Positions 39,036 to 47,050 of a stretch of DNA of 64,000 bases are shown piece by piece. Position 1 is the first letter of the stretch; each line of letters opens with the position of its first letter. Under the pieces are notes generated by a model. It was not told where the DNA came from. It searched no databases and saw only the letters and a list, made by a program, of their open reading frames with translations. The DNA is from Saprospiraceae bacterium (GTDB taxonomy: Bacteria > Bacteroidota > Bacteroidia > Chitinophagales > Saprospiraceae): assembly GCA_020631235.1 (NCBI GenBank), contig JAHDHQ010000003.1:46450-110449 (forward strand), written 5' to 3'. Position numbers and translations under genes: made by a program.

Positions 39036-39547
39036 TAGACTAAATATTTATTTTTGAGAATGCTTACATGATGGTCCACATGACCAGCCATGATAAAAGG
39101 AAAAAGTCTCAAGGGAACCTTAAAGTTATTTGCTGTTCCAAAAATATCCCATTGAATGCCTTGAATACGTTCAAATAATTCGAGGTTAGACTTGCGGAGA
39201 TGCATAAATTCTGCTAGCAAAGCCTTTTCCTTTAGATTTTTACTATTGGCTTTATTAATGTAGTACTCTTGATCAAAGCCAGGCAGATTTTGTTGTTCAT
39301 TACGACTAATGCAAAAAGCTCTATATCCAAATACTCTTTCTGTATCATTTATATGCAACATGACTTGCTTTATGGTCCATTTGTCGGCTTCATATTTATG
39401 ATCGAATTTGTCTGACGGGATTGATTCTATAAAGTCGGAATAACTATTTGCTTGATCGGTTAAATGACGTTTTATAGCGTCTGGTACAAGATCTACATAA
39501 GTGTTGTAATAGCTAGGAAAAGTACCTTTTTGTGGTTTTGCAATCAT
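39035..39547 (-). CDS. DinB-family (DinB_2) four-helix-bundle metalloprotein
   Basis: The start MIAKPQKGTFPSYYNTYVDLV is typical of the family. His ligands are present (LHINDTERVF, AGHVDHHVSIL). The ORF-track start at 39589 overlaps the upstream gene. Confidence 0.8.
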   Translation of the reverse strand: MIAKPQKGTFPSYYNTYVDLVPDAIKRHLTDQANSYSDFIESIPSDKFDHKYEADKWTIKQVMLHINDTERVFGYRAFCISRNEQQNLPGFDQEYYINKANSKNLKEKALLAEFMHLRKSNLELFERIQGIQWDIFGTANNFKVPLRLFPFIMAGHVDHHVSILKNKYLV

Positions 39548-39558
39548 ATAAGGTGTTA

Positions 39559-40374
39559 TTAATTTGTTTTTTGAAGCTCTATTGACCAATAAAAAAGACT
39601 AAGGAGGCTCAATATAATAAGACCTTCCCATGGCTTTAATACATGATAAACGACATCAAAGTTTAAAAACGTCCAAAATCCTTCTTCTGGTATTCTGATT
39701 ATTGTCCATAAATCTACACTTGACTCTGTGGGATTAATCCACAAAAAATCAAATACAAATAGGCCACCAATAAGTATACAGAAAATCGAAAAAAGAATGG
39801 TAGTCAAGCGAATGATTCCTTTCTTTTTACTTCTATAATTATATATATATAAGATAATAATGCCCATTCCAAGCCCTATCAAATCTAAAACAAGATCATT
39901 AAAATCAAAGTAATTGGTACGCTGAGGTGACAAATAGAAATATTGATAAGCTTCGTCAAGTGTTGCTGCCATCAAGCCCATCAAAATGATGTCTAAAAAG
40001 TGCCTAAATATGGGAAAGGCTAATAGGGCAAAAAGGCCATATTGGATAAAATGGATGCATTCAATATTTACAATAATTAGGTAATAAAATGACGCGGCCA
40101 TCAAACCAAAGTTTATGACCAAATAGATAATGGGTCCTACTTTTTTGTTGAGCTTTATTAATTGTTTTGTCAATGCTACTAAAACCAACATTGAACCAAA
40201 TAAAAATAGAATAGAAATGGTATTATTATAAAACGTTCTTGAATAATCTTTAAAAAGTTTTGAAATATGGACACCAATAAATTCGTGTGGCAAAACAACC
40301 AATAAAAAGTAACCAAGCAATAAAATGCGGTTTAGTTGCGGGTTTTTAGTGAGGAAAAAAATAAATGGTCTCAT
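39559..40374 (-). CDS. multi-pass membrane protein, VanZ-like
   Basis: About 8 hydrophobic helices. ECIHFIQYG ... LDEAYQYFYLSPQRTNYFDFNDLVLDLIGLG resembles the VanZ-family D-E..Q....R...D...N..G pattern. ATGA overlap with the upstream gene. Confidence 0.55.
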   Translation of the reverse strand: MRPFIFFLTKNPQLNRILLLGYFLLVVLPHEFIGVHISKLFKDYSRTFYNNTISILFLFGSMLVLVALTKQLIKLNKKVGPIIYLVINFGLMAASFYYLIIVNIECIHFIQYGLFALLAFPIFRHFLDIILMGLMAATLDEAYQYFYLSPQRTNYFDFNDLVLDLIGLGMGIIILYIYNYRSKKKGIIRLTTILFSIFCILIGGLFVFDFLWINPTESSVDLWTIIRIPEEGFWTFLNFDVVYHVLKPWEGLIILSLLSLFYWSIELQKTN

Positions 40375-41627
40375 CGAGAATGGCTAGATATCGATTTATG
40401 TAAACATTCTAAAAAGAAATCAAGTTCGTCTTCTAACGTAAAAACATTGGGACTGATTCTAATGTATGATCCATTGCTAGTTCCAACCATTTTTATGTTT
40501 ATATTATATTTATGAATAAGGTCAGATTTTACTTTTTTGATGTTAAGGTTTAGAATTTTGAATGCATGTATTCCGACAGTTTTCGAACTTGGGTGATGTC
40601 TAAAAACGATGGAAGGGTTTTGTTTCAGGGGTTCCATCCAGTAATTAGATAAAAATTGTAGTCTTTTTTCTTTTTCGACAAGGGGTAACACATTTTTATT
40701 AAAAAGTAACGAAGAAGCTAAGCCCGCCCATAAAAAATAAGCGGATGTCCCGAAGTTTTCTACGTTATTTAAATGATTTTTATTTGGATAAAGTGGGTGT
40801 GCAATTTTTGAGTCTTCTTCTTCTTTAATGTAAACAAAGCCAGTACCTAGAGGTGCATTAAACCACTTATGTAAACTAGTAGCAAAATAATCTACATTTA
40901 ATTCCGCAAGATCAAAGTTAAAATGACCGAAAGATTGGGCGCCATCAAGTAAAACTTTTGCTCCAAACTGGTGGGCGATTTTTGTGATTTCTTTAATCGG
41001 TAAAATACGACCTTCTCTGTGTGTTAAATGGGTAAGTACCACGAGGCCAGTTTGTTCGTTTATGGCTTCTTTGTATATGTCTATAATCTGGGCATCTGTA
41101 AGATTAGCTAAATTTAAGTCTAGTTTCTTTTTGTTAGCTTTTGTGTTTTGGCAACGATATTCGATACTTTTAATGACGTTAGGGTAATCATGTATTGCAT
41201 AAATAATATCGGTTCTTTGTGTTTCAAATTGAATGCCGTTTATGATAAAATTTAGTGCTTCAGTTGCATTTCTAGTTATCGATATGCGGTCTCCAGCTAC
41301 TTTAATGTAGTCTGCTAATCCTTGTTTAATGGCTGTAATAGAATCGGCCCAACTGCCCCAAACCTCATAAGCAGGACCTCGATTCATTTCTTTAAGTTTT
41401 TCGATTAAAAAGTTTTCGACACTTAGCGGCATGGTACCTGCACTTCCGCTATTAAGATTAAGCATTTGGGAAGATTTAGGAAATAGTTTTTTCACCTCAC
41501 TCCATTGGTTTGGAAGGCTTGATTCGATCGAATGGATAAAGTCTTTTCCGATAAAAGATAAAAGTGGTAAACTCTCTATAAATTTGCGTCGTTCCAAATC
41601 TGATTTTAGCTTTATGTCAATGTACAA
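40371..41627 (-). CDS. class V aminotransferase-fold PLP enzyme (isopenicillin-N-epimerase/cysteine desulfurase-like) with N-terminal RR motif
   Basis: TSLHKW supplies the PLP lysine context, with LDGAQSFGH nearby. The N-terminus LERRKFIESLPLLSF resembles a twin-arginine signal. TTG start codon according to the ORF track. Confidence 0.82.
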   Translation of the reverse strand: MYIDIKLKSDLERRKFIESLPLLSFIGKDFIHSIESSLPNQWSEVKKLFPKSSQMLNLNSGSAGTMPLSVENFLIEKLKEMNRGPAYEVWGSWADSITAIKQGLADYIKVAGDRISITRNATEALNFIINGIQFETQRTDIIYAIHDYPNVIKSIEYRCQNTKANKKKLDLNLANLTDAQIIDIYKEAINEQTGLVVLTHLTHREGRILPIKEITKIAHQFGAKVLLDGAQSFGHFNFDLAELNVDYFATSLHKWFNAPLGTGFVYIKEEEDSKIAHPLYPNKNHLNNVENFGTSAYFLWAGLASSLLFNKNVLPLVEKEKRLQFLSNYWMEPLKQNPSIVFRHHPSSKTVGIHAFKILNLNIKKVKSDLIHKYNINIKMVGTSNGSYIRISPNVFTLEDELDFFLECLHKSISSHSR

Positions 41628-41691
41628 TTATTTATTAAGATTATTTAGAAAAAACCCTTCAGAGACATTCGAAGAAGAAATAGACCCAGCT

Positions 41692-42249
41692 ATGAAATTT
41701 TTAATTGTTGGTTTAGGAAATATTGGTAGCAAGTATGCAGGTACTCGTCATAATATCGGATTCGAAGTGATCGATTACCTCGCAAGCGAAAAGGAAGTCA
41801 AGCTGACATTAAACAACTTAGGAGAAACAGCATTGGTCAAGCATAAAGGAAAACAAGTATATCTTTTAAAGCCGAATACTTACATGAATTTATCTGGGAA
41901 GTCTGTTAGGTATTGGATGCAAAAGCTCAAAGTGCCTTTAGAAAATGTATTAATCATCGTGGATGATATACATCTACCCTTTTCTAAAATTAGATTAAAG
42001 ACTAAAGGTAAAGATGCAGGACATAATGGTTTAAAAGACATACAGGAGAAACTGGGAACTCAGAGCTATCCCAGACTAAAGTTTGGGATAGGCAATGATT
42101 TTAAGAGTGGTCAGCAAGTAAAATATGTGCTTGGAACATGGAGTACTAAAGAGGTGGAAGAATTAGGTTTTTCTATTCCTAAGGCGGCAGAAATAGCTTT
42201 AAGCTTTGTGGCTATTGGCGCCAAGTTTACTATGGATCAGTATAATTAG
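41692..42249 (+). CDS. pth: peptidyl-tRNA hydrolase
   Basis: MKFLIVGLGNIGSKYAGTRHNIGF, YMNLSG and DAGHNGLKDI motifs. The ORF-track extension back to 41431 is antisense overlap with the neighbouring gene. Confidence 0.93.
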   Translation: MKFLIVGLGNIGSKYAGTRHNIGFEVIDYLASEKEVKLTLNNLGETALVKHKGKQVYLLKPNTYMNLSGKSVRYWMQKLKVPLENVLIIVDDIHLPFSKIRLKTKGKDAGHNGLKDIQEKLGTQSYPRLKFGIGNDFKSGQQVKYVLGTWSTKEVEELGFSIPKAAEIALSFVAIGAKFTMDQYN

Positions 42250-42522
42250 AGACTTTTTGTGTCTGGGCATTGATTGTTATAGCCAGATATTTTGATAACT
42301 TTTCCTTTGTTTTAAAATAAATATTCCATTAATACTTTTCTGTCAGCAAAACAAGTCTCCTATAAGTAGTTGATATCCAGGAGATAATACATCTTAGATA
42401 ATTTACAAGCAAATTTTACAACATTTATTTATGCCTTTTTGCAAGATTGGCAAGAAATATGCAATAGTGTACCTGTTCAGATTAGAGAAGGAGAAATACT
42501 TAAGTGATTAAGTTTTCTTCAC

Positions 42523-42559
42523 GACCGGTTCGTAGGGGGTAAGAACCGGTCTTTTTTTT
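42523..42559 (+). terminator. strong Rho-independent terminator with no annotated gene immediately upstream
   Basis: A 9-bp perfect GC-rich stem (GACCGGTTC / GAACCGGTC), an 11-nt loop, then T8. It lies 274 nt downstream of the pth stop. Confidence 0.7.
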
Positions 42560-42768
42560 GCCCTAAACTCAAGGTTTTATATGTTCTCAGCTCATCTCTC
42601 ACACTCAGATTTTTTATATTAAGTACCATAATAGATAATTGCTTTGTACAAGCTGAACTCTATTACATGATACTTTATGGCTCCATAAAGTAAGTGATAC
42701 TACTATTATTTTGGAGGCGGCTTTTTAGCTGAATTTAGCTCATAAAATGAGCTGGACAAACTTGCTAT

Positions 42769-44106
42769 TTACTTTAATCCTAAGGTGTTGCAGTCTCCCA
42801 TTATAGGATCAACTTCGATGAAGGTTTCGCTCATTTTTTCATCGATCCATCTACTAAAGAATTGAGCATTCTTATTTTGTTTAGCTAGATCCTGAATTTT
42901 AGCATAGTCTTGTTTCAAGTTCGCTTTATGCGGTTTAGATTTTGATTGGAGTTGGATAATTCTAAAGTAGGTGTCTCCTTGCGGAGTGTCATAACTGAGC
43001 ACTTCAGAAACACCGAAAACATCCATGTCCTCTATTGCGAAATATACATCTGTGGGCAGCTGGCTTGTTTCGTAAAAAGTTTTGCCTGTAGCAGGATTTT
43101 GTACTCTACCATTATTATGATAACTAGGCACATCTTCTAAAGAATACTCTTTAACCGCTGTGGTAAAATCAATGGTTTTGTCGTTAACTAGGTTTCTGAT
43201 GGAGTCTAGTTTATTTTTACAAAGGTCGATGTCTGCACTTGTAATTTCAGGTCTGATAAGCACATGTTTTAGTCTGATTTTCGTTCCTTTTCTTTCGATA
43301 AGTTTCATGATGTGTATACCATACTCTGTTTCTACCGGATCAGAGATTTCGTCTTGGTCGAGATTAAAAGCGGCTTCTTCGAAGGCAGGCACAAAAGTGC
43401 CTCTTTCCGCAAAGCCTAAGTCACCTCCTTTGGCTGCTGAACCAGGATCGTCTGAATATTTACTTGCTACGTCTTCAAAAGTTAATTCGCCTGTAATGAT
43501 TTGAGCCTTTAAGTTGGTTATTTTATTAATGGCAGCATCTATGGCGTCTTGATTAGGGACTGGTTTTAGAACAATTTCTGCAAATTCTACTTCTGCATTT
43601 AAATAAGGAAGACTGTCTTTAGGTATGCTGGCATAAAAAGACTCAACTTCATCTGGAGTGATGCTTACCTCAGCAATTAATGTTTGCTGCATTCTTTCCG
43701 CTAGAATTTGTGATCTTAAATCTTCCCTAAGATTTTCTCTCATCTCTGGAACAGTCATTCCATAATACTCTTGGAAAAAGGATTCATCTCCACCCATCTG
43801 GCGTAAAACAGCATTGACTCTAAAATCTAATTGCGCATTTATTTCGTCTTCACTCACCTCTATACTATCTAATTTTGCTTGGTGAACAATGAGTTTTTGA
43901 CCAATGATGGATTCTAAGATTTCACATTTAAATGATTCGTCTGCAGGATTTCCCTGTTGGATAAAGTAGTTGTATTGACTTTCTATATCGGACAGAAGCA
44001 CCGTTTCTGAGCCCACTTTTGCAATAACTTTATCTATAAGCACTTTGCTTTGGCAAAAGGCAAAAAAGGGTAATGCAAGAAAAACGAGAGTTAGAAACCT
44101 TTTCAT
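42769..44106 (-). CDS. SurA-like periplasmic chaperone / parvulin-type peptidyl-prolyl isomerase
   Basis: Signal peptide, a SurA N-terminal chaperone region, and a parvulin domain (GGDLGF...YGIHIMKL). Confidence 0.85.
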   Translation of the reverse strand: MKRFLTLVFLALPFFAFCQSKVLIDKVIAKVGSETVLLSDIESQYNYFIQQGNPADESFKCEILESIIGQKLIVHQAKLDSIEVSEDEINAQLDFRVNAVLRQMGGDESFFQEYYGMTVPEMRENLREDLRSQILAERMQQTLIAEVSITPDEVESFYASIPKDSLPYLNAEVEFAEIVLKPVPNQDAIDAAINKITNLKAQIITGELTFEDVASKYSDDPGSAAKGGDLGFAERGTFVPAFEEAAFNLDQDEISDPVETEYGIHIMKLIERKGTKIRLKHVLIRPEITSADIDLCKNKLDSIRNLVNDKTIDFTTAVKEYSLEDVPSYHNNGRVQNPATGKTFYETSQLPTDVYFAIEDMDVFGVSEVLSYDTPQGDTYFRIIQLQSKSKPHKANLKQDYAKIQDLAKQNKNAQFFSRWIDEKMSETFIEVDPIMGDCNTLGLK

Positions 44107-44183
44107 TTAAATCGAATTTTGTCTAATAGACTATAATAGCGTAAGTATCAGCAAATTATTTCAGAGATGCAAAGATATTTTTA

Positions 44184-45008
44184 TTAATGGAGGATTACTT
44201 CTTTATTTTTTATTTTTTCCTTTAGCAAATTGTTCTCATAATCATATAGTAATCTTTTCTTTCGTTGGTGTATGATGAGTTTAATGATTTTTTCTCTGAC
44301 AAAGGATAGAGGAGCTGGTTCTTTAGCTTTGACGATGTCTTTGACCCAGATAAAGTATTCAAAATCGTTAATGTTGTTTTGCGTAATTAAGTCTTTTTCC
44401 CACTTAATTTTTTTCTTCATTTTGTCTGGCAAAATTTTACTTAGCTCTTCTGTATAAAACCATCTATCTAATTTTAGTAAACTGTCTTTGCAATGAGTTT
44501 TACAGTAGTTTCTTATTTTTCCAATGTCGTGTTTTTTCCAATTTTCATAGAATTTGTCTAGACCTTTTGCATCTTCAGGAATCTTGGCATAAAGACATAG
44601 TGCAACATCTTTTTTAAGATAAAACTGATCTATATTTTCATCATAATTTTTTTGAATTTGCTGGTCGGTAACAATGGTGTCGAGTGTTGATTCGACGAGT
44701 TTTTTTTCGAAAATATCTAAAATGAGCGATGCTTTGTAATCATCCACTAGTTGTTGGATGTCGATGTCTTTGGCAATTTTTTTCTCTGCCTCATCTATGA
44801 GTATGGTTTTCCTAACCCATTGATCGATAAAGGACTGGGCCATATCGATGCTATCCTTGATCGAGTATTGGCTAGGGAACATGCTGTGAAATTCCGTTTG
44901 GTATAGCTTTTTCCCATTAGCTTCTGCTAAGACGATTGCATCCTTTTTGGGTTGTTGTTGGCAAGAACAAAATATGCCAAGCAGCAGCAACACAAAGTAG
45001 CTACGCAT
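44184..45008 (-). CDS. hypothetical lipoprotein, possibly a chaperone-domain-only SurA/PpiD relative
   Basis: Lipobox GIFCSCQQ. Helical, K/E-rich. It sits between two parvulin-type PPIase genes, and its start overlaps the upstream stop by 1 nt. Confidence 0.5.
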   Translation of the reverse strand: MRSYFVLLLLGIFCSCQQQPKKDAIVLAEANGKKLYQTEFHSMFPSQYSIKDSIDMAQSFIDQWVRKTILIDEAEKKIAKDIDIQQLVDDYKASLILDIFEKKLVESTLDTIVTDQQIQKNYDENIDQFYLKKDVALCLYAKIPEDAKGLDKFYENWKKHDIGKIRNYCKTHCKDSLLKLDRWFYTEELSKILPDKMKKKIKWEKDLITQNNINDFEYFIWVKDIVKAKEPAPLSFVREKIIKLIIHQRKKRLLYDYENNLLKEKIKNKEVILH

Positions 45009-46966
45009 TATTTCTTGATTAAGCTATTAAACACTTCTTGGTTTATTTCGAGCGTATATTTGCTTTTTAGGCTTTTAACCCATTCTCTTTCTAAGTAATC
45101 TTGGTAATCCGCAATTATATATCCTCTTGCTTCTTCAAAACTTTTAGGTTTGGGAGCAAGAATCGTTTTTACTTTTTGTACTGTAGTAAAGTTTCTATTT
45201 GATGCGTCTGGTGTAGAGGTAGCTCCTTTTTTCCAAGTTAGACCTTCAGCGACTTTAGAAGATCTTTCAATAGTTTTAGTGCTTACTTCTATAATTTTTT
45301 CTTCACCGATGTTGTATTTATTCATCAACTTACTGCTATCCCATTTGCCTATGGATTTGATGATTTTTTTCATCGTTTTAGCATCTCGATTTTGGATTTG
45401 GTAAGTTTCTATTTCGCCTCTTTCACCCCAGCTATAGTTGCTAGTATTTTCTTGATAATATTTTTTGAGGCCGATGGTGTCTTCAGTGGCTTTATCCCAA
45501 ACTTCCATTTTGGTGGCTTCGAAAAGTAAAATTCCTTCCTCATATTCTCTCATTAGAGCTTTAAAATCAGGGTATTTTTTTTCAAGATTAGATTCTTCAT
45601 ATTTAATAGCAATTTCATCTAGGAAACTATCGTAAAGCTCCATGGCTGCAGCTCCTATGACTTTGTCTTTGCTGAATTTTAATCTGCTTCTTGTATTTTT
45701 TTTACAATAATTAGCAAAGTCGTTATTTGTAAAACTCATATTGTTATTAAAGGATACAAGTTCTTTGTCTTGCATCGGTGGAACTTTCCATTTATATGAG
45801 TAGAAATCTTGACCCAGTTTATTTATAAATTCATTCAGAACAACTTTATTTTCTGTGAGTCCAGCATCTTTTTTTATTTTTTCGATGAGCGATTTTTTAG
45901 CTATAGTTAATCGGTCATCTTTTGACATTTTAGATTTTACTCTTTTTTTATTTGTCTCGACATCTGACTGGTCAATTTTAGATTTTCTTTCAATGATGTG
46001 ATATCCAAATTTAGATTTTACGGGCATGGAAATATCTCCGTCATTGGCCAGAGCAAAGGCTGCTGTTTCGAATACTTTATCAAACTGATTAATTTTAATA
46101 AAACCTAGATATCCACCTTTTGCAGAAGTGTTTTTATCATCAGAATGCAATTTTGCTATGGAAGCAAAATCAGCTCCGTTTTTCACTACCTGATAGATGG
46201 AGTCAGCTTTTTCTTTTGCTCCAGGCACTTCTTCACCTTTTACTGTGGAACGGATAAGAATATGTGATAATTCACGTTCACCTAGGGCAGGTCTTTTGTC
46301 TTCGACTTGAATAATATGCCATCCCATTTTCGTTTCAAATGGTTTAGACGATTTGCCTACTTCGGTATTGTACATGGCATTTTCAAAATTGTAAAAACCA
46401 GAAGGAAGTGGAGCTGTGTAATAGCCTAAAGCTCCTCCGTTTTTAGCAGATGCTTCATCTTGAGAATGTTGTTTTGCTAGTTCAGCAAAGCTTTTTCCTT
46501 GTTGTAATTGGATGTATACTTGATCTAAAGTTTGTCTTGCTTTAGAATCGCTTTTGTCACCTTTTTTGGGATTAGCGATAAATATGTGGCTGACTTTGAT
46601 ATCGCTTTGCATTCTTTCAGCAACTTCATCCATAAGTCTACCAGTAACTTCTTTATCGGTGAGGTAAGAATTAGCTAATTGTTGACGATAGCCTTCCAAC
46701 TCGGTTTGTAATACGGCAACGGTATCTAAACCCATTTCTTTTGCTCGCTGGACCTTAAGTTTAAATTTAGTGTATAACTCTAAATATTCATTGAGACTTT
46801 GTTCGGAGTAATCAGCCTTATCACCATTATTCTTTTCATATATGTATTGAAATTCTTCAACACCAATTTCTTTACCTTCTACTGTAAATAAAGTAGGGTC
46901 ATCTTGGGCAAATAAGGAAGCAGAAAAAAATAGAATACTGAATAATATTCCAATGTACTTTGTCAT
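45008..46966 (-). CDS. PpiD/SurA-like peptidyl-prolyl isomerase with two parvulin domains
   Basis: Signal peptide MTKYIGILFSILFFSASLFAQ. Two parvulin motifs (GGALGYY...MGWHIIQV and GGYLGFI...FGYHIIER). The start at 46966 is supported by a -7 box at 46998-47005, which would otherwise lie inside the ORF-track extension to 47026. Confidence 0.85.
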   Translation of the reverse strand: MTKYIGILFSILFFSASLFAQDDPTLFTVEGKEIGVEEFQYIYEKNNGDKADYSEQSLNEYLELYTKFKLKVQRAKEMGLDTVAVLQTELEGYRQQLANSYLTDKEVTGRLMDEVAERMQSDIKVSHIFIANPKKGDKSDSKARQTLDQVYIQLQQGKSFAELAKQHSQDEASAKNGGALGYYTAPLPSGFYNFENAMYNTEVGKSSKPFETKMGWHIIQVEDKRPALGERELSHILIRSTVKGEEVPGAKEKADSIYQVVKNGADFASIAKLHSDDKNTSAKGGYLGFIKINQFDKVFETAAFALANDGDISMPVKSKFGYHIIERKSKIDQSDVETNKKRVKSKMSKDDRLTIAKKSLIEKIKKDAGLTENKVVLNEFINKLGQDFYSYKWKVPPMQDKELVSFNNNMSFTNNDFANYCKKNTRSRLKFSKDKVIGAAAMELYDSFLDEIAIKYEESNLEKKYPDFKALMREYEEGILLFEATKMEVWDKATEDTIGLKKYYQENTSNYSWGERGEIETYQIQNRDAKTMKKIIKSIGKWDSSKLMNKYNIGEEKIIEVSTKTIERSSKVAEGLTWKKGATSTPDASNRNFTTVQKVKTILAPKPKSFEEARGYIIADYQDYLEREWVKSLKSKYTLEINQEVFNSLIKK

Positions 46967-46997
46967 AGTCAAGTTGTTTAAAAGCGAAAATCTTGCA

Positions 46998-47005
46998 CAA
47001 AAATA
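46998..47005 (-). promoter_or_regulatory. -7 promoter box TATTTTTG for the three-gene PPIase/chaperone operon
   Basis: Exact TAnnTTTG on the minus strand, 32 nt upstream of the ATG at 46966. Confidence 0.35.
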
Positions 47006-47050
47006 GCAACTAAATTGATTAGACATAAAAACATCTAAAAACTGTATGCA

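Noticed and set aside
41431-41691. Long N-terminal extension of the pth ORF (272 aa in the track)
   Set aside because: The extension is antisense to the 5' end of the class-V PLP enzyme gene. The canonical Pth N-terminus MKFLIVGLGNIG starts at 41692.
42519-42629. 36-codon minus-strand ORF in the long intergenic region
   Set aside because: It reads straight through the plus-strand terminator hairpin and the A8 tract (encoding QKKDRFLPPTNRS). It is more likely a by-product of that structure.
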